NCBI GenBank assembly: GCA_049523555.1
Contig: JBEKMU010000007.1
Location: forward strand, 1 to 62,707
Origin: Verrucomicrobiota bacterium
GTDB taxonomy: Bacteria; Verrucomicrobiota; Verrucomicrobiia; Limisphaerales; UBA11358
DNA: 62,707 nt
Reading direction: 5' to 3'
In this document: piece after piece, positions 39,464 to 49,240 of the stretch
Layout of the letters: each line of letters starts with the position of its first letter
How positions within the stretch are numbered: position 1 is the stretch's first letter
Notes under the pieces: generated by a model
The model's database searches: none
What the model saw: the letters and a program-made list of their open reading frames with translations, nothing else
Told to the model about the DNA's origin: nothing
Translations under genes and position numbers: made by a program

Positions 39464-39855
39464 GAATTACCGTTAAGCCGAAAATTCTCGTCGTCGAAGA
39501 TCAGCCGGAAGTTTTAACCACGATGACGCTTCTTCTGGAACGCGCCGGATTTGAGGTCTTCGGCGCGCAGACCGGCATGGATGGAATCCGGTTGTCGCAA
39601 AAAGAGGAATTCGATCTCGTCATATTGGACGTCCACCTGCCGGAGAAGAACGGCTTTGAGGTGTGCGCCTGGCTGAAACAGGATTTTCGTTTCAGCCGGA
39701 CGCCCATCATTTTCGCCTCCGGTCACTGGAACGAGGAAAATCGCCGCCGTGCGCTTGAACTGGGCGCCGCCGATTTCATTGACAAACCATTCGATACTTC
39801 ATTTTTTCTGCAAAAAATTTTCTCCCATCTCAAAACGGCGCGCCGGAAAAATTGA
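39460..39855 (+). CDS. single-domain response regulator (CheY-like receiver)
   Basis: ILVVEDQ, LVILDVHLP (phospho-Asp), PIIFAS, DFIDKPF. Confidence 0.92.
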   Translation: MRITVKPKILVVEDQPEVLTTMTLLLERAGFEVFGAQTGMDGIRLSQKEEFDLVILDVHLPEKNGFEVCAWLKQDFRFSRTPIIFASGHWNEENRRRALELGAADFIDKPFDTSFFLQKIFSHLKTARRKN

Positions 39856-40105
39856 GATCGCCATCAAGGCCGCATGAAACCAACCTGCAACAAGAGAGTT
39901 TCCGGCATCCCTCAAACCCGGCGCCGGGTTTTAAGCGACAAGGCATCCAGCCACCCGATGAAATCGCAATTTTTGTTTATTTGTTGCCAAAAGAAGGAAA
40001 GCATATTTTCGCCTTAACACTAATCTTCACAACATGGTTACTGGCAAGGAATTAACAGCAGGATATGTTGAACAAACGATGCCTCTGACAGTTGACAGTA
40101 ACATC

Positions 40106-40255
40106 ATGCGGATTGCGGGGCATAAGGTCAGGGTTCCGCTCCCAATCATCGCAAAGTTGTGTGGGGTGATGGAATCCCAAGTGCCGGTCGGTTACGAGGA
40201 TGAAGGCGGATTCCATTACGGCGCGGACATGGCCGATTGGTTCTTTTCAATTTAA
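40106..40255 (+). CDS. small hypothetical protein with PVGYEDEGGFHYG motif
   Basis: Short ORF with a compact motif-like C-terminus; start uncertain (40079 or 40106). Confidence 0.55.
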   Translation: MRIAGHKVRVPLPIIAKLCGVMESQVPVGYEDEGGFHYGADMADWFFSI

Positions 40256-40264
40256 GGCCCGTTG

Positions 40265-40388
40265 CCGCGCATCACTTTGGGATGCGCGGACAGGGGCAAG
40301 ACGGACTTTGATTCGGGCGGACAGCCGTTTTTTCAGCGGGATTCCTCATCCCCACCTCCTTGGCGGCTGTCGCCCGAATCGCTTTTTA
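40265..40388 (+). ncRNA. candidate structured RNA or terminator with C-rich loop
   Basis: Hairpin CCGCGCATC/GATGCGCGG; 17-bp stem GATTCGGGCG(G)ACAGCCG/CGGCTGTCGCCCGAATC enclosing CCCCACCTCCT; followed by a T-run. Confidence 0.4.
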
Positions 40389-40533
40389 GGGAATGATCAA
40401 AACGCCAAGTGACCGTGCCATCAGCGCAATAACCGGATGCAAGCCGGTTGCTGGCGCAGGCGATGCTCTGATCAATTTCCGATTTTGAAGTGAGCCTCCT
40501 GACGCTGGCTCCTATGATTTCCCTAGCAAGGGT

Positions 40534-41121
40534 TCAACGTTCCGCAATCCAAACCAGCGTGCCGACGGGTAGTATGTCGAAGAGGGGAACCAAATCATGG
40601 GCGGCGAGATGAATGCAACCGCACGACGCCGGACGGCCAATCGTCATCTCATCGCCCGTGCCGTGGATGTAAATGTAACGCGCCTGCGAATCCACATTGC
40701 CGCCGCGATTGAAGCCGGGTTCAAGTCCTTCCAGCCACAGGATGCGCGTGGCAATTTTTGCGTCCGGCATCCCCTGCCAGGTGTAACCAATGGGTTGGCG
40801 GCTTTCAAAAACGGTTCCGACCGGCCAGCCGCCGCCAATTTTTTCCGCGACCCGGTGCAAACCCAGTGGCGTGCCGTTGGAACCGGCAACCTGGCTAATG
40901 CCGAAACGCGAAGTCGAGCAGCGGAATTTTTTTACAAACTTGTAGCGATGGTCTGTGACCGTCGGCGAATTCGAATTTTTAACGCAAAAACGCGAAAACG
41001 CAGAGACTTTTTCAAAAAGCGAAACGGTTTGGTTTGCGACGCTGACGACGAGCGCGAAGCGAGTCGGAACCACGTCCTGCCTTTTGCAGGCGAGTAAAAA
41101 CTTTTCCAGCGGGTGCGGCAT
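40534..41121 (-). CDS. L,D-transpeptidase (YkuD family)
   Basis: TPLGLH, IYIHGT...GRPASCGCIHL (HxxxxxSxGC). Confidence 0.9.
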   Translation of the reverse strand: MPHPLEKFLLACKRQDVVPTRFALVVSVANQTVSLFEKVSAFSRFCVKNSNSPTVTDHRYKFVKKFRCSTSRFGISQVAGSNGTPLGLHRVAEKIGGGWPVGTVFESRQPIGYTWQGMPDAKIATRILWLEGLEPGFNRGGNVDSQARYIYIHGTGDEMTIGRPASCGCIHLAAHDLVPLFDILPVGTLVWIAER

Positions 41122-41147
41122 TGGGAACTTGCAGGCAGGGGCTTGCG

Positions 41148-42428
41148 TTACTTTAATTTCTTCACGAGCACCTTTGAATTCCGTCCGCTTTGCTCGTATT
41201 TCTCGCGGCGCGCGGGCGGCAGATCGTCGGGCGTACCCTCGGCAAAGCCGGCCTTGGATTGAAAATACGTGAAGGCCTGCGTCGAGAGCGTGAGGAGTTC
41301 GGTCAGGTTCATCTCCCGCGCCTTGTTTTCGACGTATTGAATCAGCTTGCGCCCGATGCCCCGGTTTTCGTGCAGCGGGTTGACATACAGGCACGCCAGT
41401 TCGCCCTTTTTCTGTTCGGGATAAACGTGCAACGCGACGCACGCGACCGGGTTTTTATCAATTTCAAAAATGAAAAAGTCACCGAGATTTTTTTCAATGG
41501 CCGTCCGGCTGCGCTTGACCAGTTCCTCCGCTTCCACCGCCTTTTGTGTCAGCAATTGAATCGCCCGCACGTCCTTTTTCATCGCGCGGCGGACCTGCTG
41601 ATATTCATTGGCGTAGATGAGCGTGCCGATGCCGTCGTTGGAAAACACCTCGGCCAGCAGCCCTTCGTTCACACGGCCGTTGATGATATGCACGCGCGGC
41701 ACGCCGGCCTTGCAGGCCGCAACGGCATGCTGCGCCTTGGAAAGTTGTTCCGGCGCAATGCCGTCTTTTTGCAGCGCGAGCACGGATTCAAGGTCGGCAA
41801 CCAGCATCTGCCGAATGAGCCGGCCCTGGACGAAAATCCCGTCCTGCGACGTGATAAAAATCAATTTGATGGCCTTCAGCGCCTCGGCCACCGCGACCGC
41901 GACGCCGTCCGAGTTCACGCGGTACGTTCTGCCGTCGCCATCGAAACCGAGTGGCGGGATGACCGGCACGACGCCCTGCGCGAGCAGCGATTGGAGCAGT
42001 TCCACGTCCACGCGCTCGACCTTACCGGTGAACAGGTGGTCCACGCCCTGGAGGATGCCCATCGGATGCGCAATAATGACGTTCGTGCTGGCGGCACGGA
42101 GGTCGTTGGCTGAAAGACCTTCGAGCATCTCGTGCGTGAGCCGGTTCGCGGCCGTCAGTGCGAGCTGGAGCGTGGCCGCGTCCGTGACGCCGGAGCCGTC
42201 GAGATTGGAGGGCTGGATTTTTTGCTCCTCGGCGAGCGCCTTGATTTGCGCCGACGCGCCGTGGACGAGCACGACGCGGATGTTCAGCGAGCGCAACACC
42301 GCCACATCGAGCAGCAACGTGGCGAAGTTCTCGTCGGTGACAATCGCGCCGTCAATCGCGAGGATGAACGTCTTCTCGCGGAATTGCGGAATGTATTGCA
42401 GGATACCCCGCAGGTCAGTCGGTTTCAC
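41148..42428 (-). CDS. argA: amino-acid N-acetyltransferase (N-acetylglutamate synthase)
   Basis: AA-kinase domain (VLVHGA, NSDGVA, LLAEVFSNDGIGT) plus GNAT domain (GELACLYV, GIGRKL). Confidence 0.93.
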   Translation of the reverse strand: MKPTDLRGILQYIPQFREKTFILAIDGAIVTDENFATLLLDVAVLRSLNIRVVLVHGASAQIKALAEEQKIQPSNLDGSGVTDAATLQLALTAANRLTHEMLEGLSANDLRAASTNVIIAHPMGILQGVDHLFTGKVERVDVELLQSLLAQGVVPVIPPLGFDGDGRTYRVNSDGVAVAVAEALKAIKLIFITSQDGIFVQGRLIRQMLVADLESVLALQKDGIAPEQLSKAQHAVAACKAGVPRVHIINGRVNEGLLAEVFSNDGIGTLIYANEYQQVRRAMKKDVRAIQLLTQKAVEAEELVKRSRTAIEKNLGDFFIFEIDKNPVACVALHVYPEQKKGELACLYVNPLHENRGIGRKLIQYVENKAREMNLTELLTLSTQAFTYFQSKAGFAEGTPDDLPPARREKYEQSGRNSKVLVKKLK

Positions 42429-42580
42429 TTTTGGCTCGTCATTAAATTGGCAACGCCAAACAAGTATTCGGTTTTGGCCGCGATTCAAACAATAATTTTC
42501 AGCCGCGGTTCTCCGTTCAAATGAATTGCCATCGAACGCGGGTCGGGGCATTGTTGTCACTCTTAAAAATCAAGCGAAAC

Positions 42581-43579
42581 ATGAATGCTGCCATCGCAAC
42601 CGAAAAGGCGCCGGCGTCAACGGCGTTGAGCCAGCTCGACCAGCTCAAAAGATTCACGACGGTGGTCGCCGACACGGGCGACTTCGCCGCGCTCAAACAA
42701 TACGCGCCGCAGGATGCCACGACCAATCCCTCGCTCATCTTCAAGGCCGCACAGATGCCGGAATACCGGTACCTCGTGGACAAGGCCATCGCCGAAAACA
42801 AAAAATCCGGCGGCGGCGGCGAAAAATTATTGCGGAGCGTCATGGACGATTTGCTGGTGCTGTTCGGCGTCGAGATTCTGAAAATCGTGCCCGGCCGCGT
42901 TTCGACCGAGACGGATGCAAATCTCGCGTTTGACACCAAAGGCCTGATCCACAAGGCGCGCCGGTTCATCGAGCTTTACCAGGCACGCGGCATCGGGCGC
43001 GAGCGCATCCTCATCAAAATCGCGACGACGTGGGAAGGTGTGCGCGCGGCGGAAATCCTCCAGCGCGAGGGCATCAACTGCAACCTGACGCTGTTATTCT
43101 CGCTGCCACAGGCCGTCGCGTGCGCCGAGGCCAAGGCCAGCTTGATTTCGCCGTTCGTGGGACGGATTTTGGATTGGCATAAAAAGAACGCGGGCAGGGA
43201 TTTCGCGCCCGCCGAGGACCCCGGCGTGCTGTCGGTGAAGGAAATTTACGGCTACTACAAAAAGTTCGGGCACGCGACGGAGGTCATGGGCGCGAGTTTC
43301 CGCAACGCGGGCGAAATTCTCGAACTGTCCGGGTGCGATTTGCTGACCATCAGCCCGCAGTTGATGGGTGAATTGAAAAAAAGCGCTGCGCCCGTCGCCC
43401 GCAAACTCAGTCCCGAACTCGCGCGCGACAGCAAAATTGAGCGGCTGCAGTTGGATGAAAAGAAATTCCGCTGGCTCCTCAACGAAAACGCGATGGCCAC
43501 GGAAAAAACCGCCGAGGGCATCCGGCTGTTCAACGCCGACGCGCTGAAACTGGAGCAGTTCATCGCGGCGAAGCTTTAA
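42581..43579 (+). CDS. tal: transaldolase
   Basis: [42 protein letters not shown]. Confidence 0.97.
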   Translation: MNAAIATEKAPASTALSQLDQLKRFTTVVADTGDFAALKQYAPQDATTNPSLIFKAAQMPEYRYLVDKAIAENKKSGGGGEKLLRSVMDDLLVLFGVEILKIVPGRVSTETDANLAFDTKGLIHKARRFIELYQARGIGRERILIKIATTWEGVRAAEILQREGINCNLTLLFSLPQAVACAEAKASLISPFVGRILDWHKKNAGRDFAPAEDPGVLSVKEIYGYYKKFGHATEVMGASFRNAGEILELSGCDLLTISPQLMGELKKSAAPVARKLSPELARDSKIERLQLDEKKFRWLLNENAMATEKTAEGIRLFNADALKLEQFIAAKL

Positions 43580-43618
43580 TTTCTGGACGCGCGCGCTGAA
43601 CTCTGCGAAGTTCAGGAT

Positions 43619-43945
43619 ATGGATGGAGACGAGCGCGAAATTTTTCAATTTCTGAAGAGCCGGGGCGAAGAGTTTGTCAATGCCGTGGAAATTGCCCGGC
43701 GCGCGGGCGGCAAAAAGAGGTTTTACGAAGACCCTGACTGGGCCAAGCCAATTCTGGTGCGCATGACAGAACGCGGCATCCTCCAAGGCGACGCCTTGGG
43801 CCGTTACCGTGTCAAGCCCGTTGCCAGAAAAGGGAAGGACAAACGCTGGGTCTCGCCTGATATCGTCAAAATCCTTCAGGAAAGCGGCGTCGAAGTTGAA
43901 GGCGCGAACGAACTCGGCTCGGACGATTATTACGAGCAATTGTAA
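43619..43945 (+). CDS. hypothetical protein, possible winged helix
   Basis: EIFQFLK...EIARRAGG...WAKPILVRM..RGIL..DALGRY. Confidence 0.7.
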   Translation: MDGDEREIFQFLKSRGEEFVNAVEIARRAGGKKRFYEDPDWAKPILVRMTERGILQGDALGRYRVKPVARKGKDKRWVSPDIVKILQESGVEVEGANELGSDDYYEQL

Positions 43946-44014
43946 TCACTCGTCCCGGTTTCGCCGCGGCAGCATGAAAAGCGCCGCGTCAAATATTTCC
44001 CATCCGTATCCGTC

Positions 44015-44932
44015 ATGTTTGCCGCACTCCTGACCACGCTGCTGTTTGCCATATCCGCCATTTGCGGGCATCGCACCGCCACGCGGCTGGGGGGTGTTGA
44101 GGCCAATTTCTGGCGCATCTGCGGCGCGTTTCTTTTCCTGGCGGTCTGGGCGAACCTTTTCGGCGCGGGCATGGCCGGCGCTGCGTTTTCCATCTTCGTT
44201 TTGAGCGGGCTCGCCGGCATCGGCCTCGGCGACACGGCGTATTTTCAGGCCTTGCCGCGGCTCGGCAGCCGCCGGACGGTTCTGCTGACGCAATGCCTCA
44301 CCGCACCGTGCGCCGCGATAATCGAATGGCTCTGGCTCGGTACAAAATTGGACCTCGCGGAAATTTTTTGCATTATTGTCATTCTCACCGGTGTGGCCAT
44401 CGCGATGGCGCCGGGCGACCATTTGAAAATCGCGCCGGGTCGTCTGTGGCCCGGGATTCTGGCCAGCGCCATCGCTGCGGTTGGCGGCGCGCTCGGCGCA
44501 GTCCTGAGCCGCAAAGCTTACGCCGTCGCCCATGCGGCGGGCGAACATCCTGATCCCGGCACGACCGGCTACCAGCGCGTCATCGGCGGCGCGGTCGCCC
44601 TTGGCCTCGTTTTTTTGATTGTCAAGTGGCGGCACGCCCGCAAACGCGGCGATGACGCGCAAATGAAAGATTCATTTTCTCCGCGCGAAAAATTAAGGCT
44701 TTGGCCGTGGGTGCTGGTCAACAGCCTCGCCGGCCAGACGGTCGGCGTGAGCTGCATGCAGTGGGCACTCGAAAACACGCCCACCGGCATCGTCACCGCC
44801 ATCATCGCCATGACGCCCATCGTCATGCTGCCGCTGGCACGCATGTTCGAAGGCGAAAAGATCACGGCCCGCGAACTTGGCGGCGGTTTCGTTGCCATCG
44901 CGGGCGTGATCGGCCTGGTGTTTTGGCATTGA
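44015..44932 (+). CDS. DMT/EamA family transporter
   Basis: 10 TMs in two repeats; GIGLGDTAYF; GEKIT. Confidence 0.88.
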   Translation: MFAALLTTLLFAISAICGHRTATRLGGVEANFWRICGAFLFLAVWANLFGAGMAGAAFSIFVLSGLAGIGLGDTAYFQALPRLGSRRTVLLTQCLTAPCAAIIEWLWLGTKLDLAEIFCIIVILTGVAIAMAPGDHLKIAPGRLWPGILASAIAAVGGALGAVLSRKAYAVAHAAGEHPDPGTTGYQRVIGGAVALGLVFLIVKWRHARKRGDDAQMKDSFSPREKLRLWPWVLVNSLAGQTVGVSCMQWALENTPTGIVTAIIAMTPIVMLPLARMFEGEKITARELGGGFVAIAGVIGLVFWH

Positions 44933-45033
44933 ATCATCTTGGAAGACAAATTTCCATTCGTCCTCGTTCTCGTCCTCCTCCTCGACACGGGTTGCGGATC
45001 GGGAATCGGGAACCGGGAAGAGGATGATTTTTT

Positions 45034-45399
45034 ATGAAAAACGAACTGCAAACTGCCGTCGAAACGCTCGGCCTTGAAAAATTCCGGCGCCACATTTTTC
45101 TGTGCGCCGACCAGACCGAACCGAAATGTTGCGCGAAGGAACAGGGGCTGGCCGCGTGGGAATTTTTGAAGCGGCGGTTGAAGGAATTGAATCTGGCCGG
45201 ACCGGAGCCGCTGGTTTATCGCACCAAGGCCAATTGCCTGCGCGTCTGTGCGCGCGGGCCAATTGCGGTCGTTTACCCCGAAGGCGTCTGGTATCATTCC
45301 TGCGCGCCGGACGTGCTGGAGCGCATCCTTCAGGAACACTTGATTGGCGGAAAAATCGTCGAGGAGTTTGCGTTTGCAAAAAATCCGCTGGGACGGTAG
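45034..45399 (+). CDS. thioredoxin-like (2Fe-2S) ferredoxin
   Basis: HIFLC...[21 protein letters not shown]. Confidence 0.9.
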   Translation: MKNELQTAVETLGLEKFRRHIFLCADQTEPKCCAKEQGLAAWEFLKRRLKELNLAGPEPLVYRTKANCLRVCARGPIAVVYPEGVWYHSCAPDVLERILQEHLIGGKIVEEFAFAKNPLGR

Positions 45400-45492
45400 T
45401 GACGGCACGCCACCCCAGTTATTACATTTTCTTCTCGACATTTGCTTCCCAAACGTGCAAGCTGTTGTGAGATCGAATGGGTCGGAGACCGC

Positions 45493-46104
45493 ATGGCTAG
45501 GCTGCTCATCAAAACGGAGGGTTTGGAAAGCCAGACGCTGGAACTTCGTTTTGGCGTCAATCACGTTGGCCGCGATCCGGATTGTGATTTCCCCATCGCT
45601 CACCCCAGCGTGTCTGCGTTGCACTGCGAGTTGGTGCTGTCCAACGAAGGCGTGCTGATTCACGATTGCGACTCGACCAGCGGCACGTTCGTCAACGGCG
45701 AGGCAATCAAGGAGGCATGGTTGCGCGTGGGCCAGACGGTGCAACTGGGCGAGGTGAAATTGTTCGTCGAAAACACCGAGATCGCCATCGCAATCCCCCA
45801 ATATGAGCGCGAGCGTCCGAAACCGCCGGTGGTGCTCGCGGACGGCGCAATGCTGTGCCCACGTCACTCGCAAATACAGGTCACTTACAAATGCACGCAT
45901 TGCGGCGAAGTCATGTGCAGCAGTTGTGTCCACACGTTGCGCCGCAAAGGCGGCCAGCCGTTGTTCCTTTGCCCGCTGTGCAGCCACCCGTGCGAACTCA
46001 TCAGCGTCGGCAAGCCGCCGACGAAAAAGCCAGTTCTGCAAGTGCTGCATCGCACAGTGAAATTGCGATTGGCTCATTTCCTCGGCCTTTCCAAATCGAA
46101 GTAA
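45493..46104 (+). CDS. FHA domain protein with C-terminal B-box-like Zn fingers
   Basis: VGR...SVSALH...DCDSTSGTFVNG; CPRH..CTHC..CSSC..CPLC. Confidence 0.85.
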   Translation: MARLLIKTEGLESQTLELRFGVNHVGRDPDCDFPIAHPSVSALHCELVLSNEGVLIHDCDSTSGTFVNGEAIKEAWLRVGQTVQLGEVKLFVENTEIAIAIPQYERERPKPPVVLADGAMLCPRHSQIQVTYKCTHCGEVMCSSCVHTLRRKGGQPLFLCPLCSHPCELISVGKPPTKKPVLQVLHRTVKLRLAHFLGLSKSK

Positions 46105-46116
46105 TAAGCCGCCCCT

Positions 46117-47127
46117 TCAGGAAAAAAATCGCCGGATCATCTTTTCCAGTGCCGTGAGCCAGAGTGGGTGTTCGTTCAAACACGGAACGAGCGCGAATTC
46201 CTTCCCGCCCGCCGACAAAAATGTCGCGCGCCCGCGAATGCCGATTTCCTCCAGTGTCTCCAGACAATCGGAAACAAACGCCGGGCAGATAACGAGGAGC
46301 TTTTTAATTCCGCGCTTGGGCAATTCGGCCAGCACCACATCCGTGTAAGGCATCAGCCACAGGTCGCGGCCCAGCCGGGATTGAAACGATACGGAATATT
46401 TTCCGGCGGGCACGCCGGCTTGCTTCACGAATGCGGCAACAGTTTTGAAACACTGGGCGCGGTAACACGTCGCGTGCGCCGGGCCGGCAACGTTGCAGCA
46501 GTTCAGCGCGATCAAACAATGGCGGCCGGTCGGGTCTGATTCCCTGAGATGCCGCACCGGCACGCCGTGAAAACTGAACAGCAAATGGTCGTAGCCCGCC
46601 TCCAGATGATTCTTTGCGCTGGCCGCGAGCGCCGCAATGTAATCCGGCGCATCACCGTAGGGCGGCTGAACCTCAATCCGCATTTTAGGCGCGACCCAGG
46701 CCGCGACTTTCCTCACCCGTTCGACGGCCGTCTCGTAACTCGACATGGCGTAGTGCGGGAACAGGGGAATCAGCAAAACCTCGTCAATCTTCTCCTCCGC
46801 CAGCTTGCGCACCGCTTCCCGAATTGATGGATTCCGGTATCGCATCGCCAGTTCCACCGGCACGGTGACACGCTCCTGCAATTTCGCCTGAACCCTGCGG
46901 CTCGTGGCAATGAGCGGCGAACCTTCGGGCGTCCAGATTTTGTGATAGGCCTCGGCGGATAGTTTCGGGCGGTTGATGAGAATCATGCCCACAATGAACG
47001 CCCGCAGCGGCCACGCGACGTCAATCACGCGCCCGTCCATCAAAAATTCACGGAGATAACGCCGCACGTCGCTGACGGCAGTCGAGTCCGGCGAACCGAG
47101 ATTGACCAGTAAAACACCTCTACTCAT
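46117..47127 (-). CDS. hemH: ferrochelatase
   Basis: VLLVNLGSP, LFSFHGVP, FQSRLG...W..PYT, FVSDCLETLEEI. Confidence 0.96.
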   Translation of the reverse strand: MSRGVLLVNLGSPDSTAVSDVRRYLREFLMDGRVIDVAWPLRAFIVGMILINRPKLSAEAYHKIWTPEGSPLIATSRRVQAKLQERVTVPVELAMRYRNPSIREAVRKLAEEKIDEVLLIPLFPHYAMSSYETAVERVRKVAAWVAPKMRIEVQPPYGDAPDYIAALAASAKNHLEAGYDHLLFSFHGVPVRHLRESDPTGRHCLIALNCCNVAGPAHATCYRAQCFKTVAAFVKQAGVPAGKYSVSFQSRLGRDLWLMPYTDVVLAELPKRGIKKLLVICPAFVSDCLETLEEIGIRGRATFLSAGGKEFALVPCLNEHPLWLTALEKMIRRFFS

Positions 47128-48617
47128 TTGGCTGTCAGAAACCTTTCCACGCGTTTGACGATGTTGCAACCGGACAAAATTGAATCACCCAGCGAAACAC
47201 CATCGCGATAGTGGCCGGCAAAAAACAGACCGGGCGCCTTGTTTTCAATTTCCGTCAGCAGTCCACGGTAACGGCCGTAGCCGAGATTATATTGCGGAAT
47301 CGCCTTGGGATAGACAACGCAATGCGTGAACGTTGGCTGCCCGCACACCCCAAGCAACACGCGCAAATCTTCGCACGTCAGTTCGACCAATTTTTCCGTC
47401 GGCAGCAACGCGAGTTCAGGCTGCCGCTCGCCGCCAAGGTAGCTCGTGAGGGTAAGATGCCCGGCGGGCGCACGGTTCGGAAACAGTGACGACGAGAAAA
47501 TCGTGCCGAGAATTTTGAAGCCCTCAACTTTCGGAATCAACATCCCGAAACCCTGGCAAGGATGAGCAACATCTTCACGACGAAATCCCAAAACGACGCT
47601 GGCCACCGGCGGATAACGGATTTCGGAAAATTCGGCGAAATCAATTTTACCGGTAGAGCGGTGCTGCTGCGCCGCCCCAATTTCGGGGCCGCACGGCAGC
47701 GCGGCCCTACCAAACATAACCTTCAACTCCACCAATCTGTGCGCCGTGCCGCAATAAATCACTGCACTGTGCTCCGATTGAATTTCCCGGAGGGACGAGC
47801 TCTGCGAGTCCCCAACTTCACCCGCGAAGGGCGGGACTTGCGAAGCTCGTCCATTCGAATGTGTGAGTGTCCAACCATCGCTGGTTTGTGTGAGCTTCGT
47901 GACAGCGACGTTCAATTTCACCGTGTCGCCCAGGCGCTCACGCAATGTGTCCGGCAGAACCTGCAGGCCTTCGTCGAACGAAAATTTCGGCGCGCGGTCC
48001 TTGGCGATTTCGTCGCGCCGCTTCCGTTCGCCCGCGCCGAAAATCTGGCCTTTGATGAGCGAGCCGTAACGTGTTTCGAGTTCAGCGAGCCTCGGGAACG
48101 CCTGCTGGACGGATAATTTGCATGGGTCGCCTGCGTAAACGCCAGCCACCAGCGCGTCAATCGCGTGGTCGAGAAATTCCCGGTTCAGCCGCCGCTTCAC
48201 AAATTCGGCGACGCTTTCTTCCCTGCCATCACGCCGACGTGGCACGAATGGCTCGCGCAGCACGGCAAGTTTGGCTTTGGCGGTAAAAAGTTTCGTCGTG
48301 AAAAATCCGAGCGATGAACCCGGCATCACGATGGGCCGTCGGTAACGGACGACGTAACGCGCCCCGGCTTTCGGGTCGGAATCAAGCCGGCGCGATTCCA
48401 AACCTGAGTCGCGGATGAATTGGGTGATTTTCGGCGACGTTTCGAGGATGGTGTTCGGCCCGCATTCGGCTAAATACCCGTCCTTGCGGATGGATTGAAT
48501 CACGCCACCGACGCGACTGCCCGCCTCATAAACCGCGATCGGAATGCCCTTGCGTTTCAGATAAAACGCCGCAGTCAACCCCGTGATGCCGGCCCCGATG
48601 ATGGCGACAGGTTTCAT
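47124..48617 (-). CDS. hemG: FAD-dependent protoporphyrinogen oxidase (HemY/HemG type)
   Basis: IIGAGITGL, ECGPNT, GVYAGDP, GFGMLIP, AIPQYNLG. Confidence 0.92.
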   Translation of the reverse strand: MKPVAIIGAGITGLTAAFYLKRKGIPIAVYEAGSRVGGVIQSIRKDGYLAECGPNTILETSPKITQFIRDSGLESRRLDSDPKAGARYVVRYRRPIVMPGSSLGFFTTKLFTAKAKLAVLREPFVPRRRDGREESVAEFVKRRLNREFLDHAIDALVAGVYAGDPCKLSVQQAFPRLAELETRYGSLIKGQIFGAGERKRRDEIAKDRAPKFSFDEGLQVLPDTLRERLGDTVKLNVAVTKLTQTSDGWTLTHSNGRASQVPPFAGEVGDSQSSSLREIQSEHSAVIYCGTAHRLVELKVMFGRAALPCGPEIGAAQQHRSTGKIDFAEFSEIRYPPVASVVLGFRREDVAHPCQGFGMLIPKVEGFKILGTIFSSSLFPNRAPAGHLTLTSYLGGERQPELALLPTEKLVELTCEDLRVLLGVCGQPTFTHCVVYPKAIPQYNLGYGRYRGLLTEIENKAPGLFFAGHYRDGVSLGDSILSGCNIVKRVERFLTAK

Positions 48618-48749
48618 TCAGTTTGGGAAAAATTAAACCACGCTTCCGCATTGTCGAGAACACTTGCGCTTCCGTGCCTTTGGGACGCCGCAAAATTGGC
48701 AGTTTAATTGCCTGACTTTTTGAGGCACATTAAGCGCGTGAAAACGACA

Positions 48750-48920
48750 ATGAAGCGACAGGCAAAAACCGAGGTCGAATTATTGGACCACGCCACGAAC
48801 AACCTGTTGCGGGGGCTTAAGCGCGATATGCAAAAGAAAGATGGTCGTGTGGACTACGACAAACTTCGCAAACACGGCTACACTGATCGCTTGCTGACCC
48901 GGCTGGCAGCGGCAGCTTAA
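48750..48920 (+). CDS. small hypothetical protein
   Basis: 56-aa ORF, helical, divergent from hemG. Confidence 0.5.
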   Translation: MKRQAKTEVELLDHATNNLLRGLKRDMQKKDGRVDYDKLRKHGYTDRLLTRLAAAA

Positions 48921-49240
48921 CCAATCAATCAAAACCTAACGCAACTCGAATTTCGGCTCGGTGATCAGGCCATCCCTGCGCCAACTTTTCATAAAATTGC
49001 AGCTTATTCTTGATGAGTTTGCGGAAATCATCAGCGTGCAAATTGAGGTAGCGAGTGCATTTGTCGTTAACAGACGTATTCCCGATACCTCTTTATTGAG
49101 TAAAACTCCAACGGAACCAGATGCGGGAGTGCAAGGCGACCTGGCTCTCGGATTGGCGCTTGCATGAAACCAGATTGAGCCGCATCCGGATTGTCCAGCA
49201 AGTTGAAATGGGGGCTCGTGGAACTCGCCCCTCCGACATG

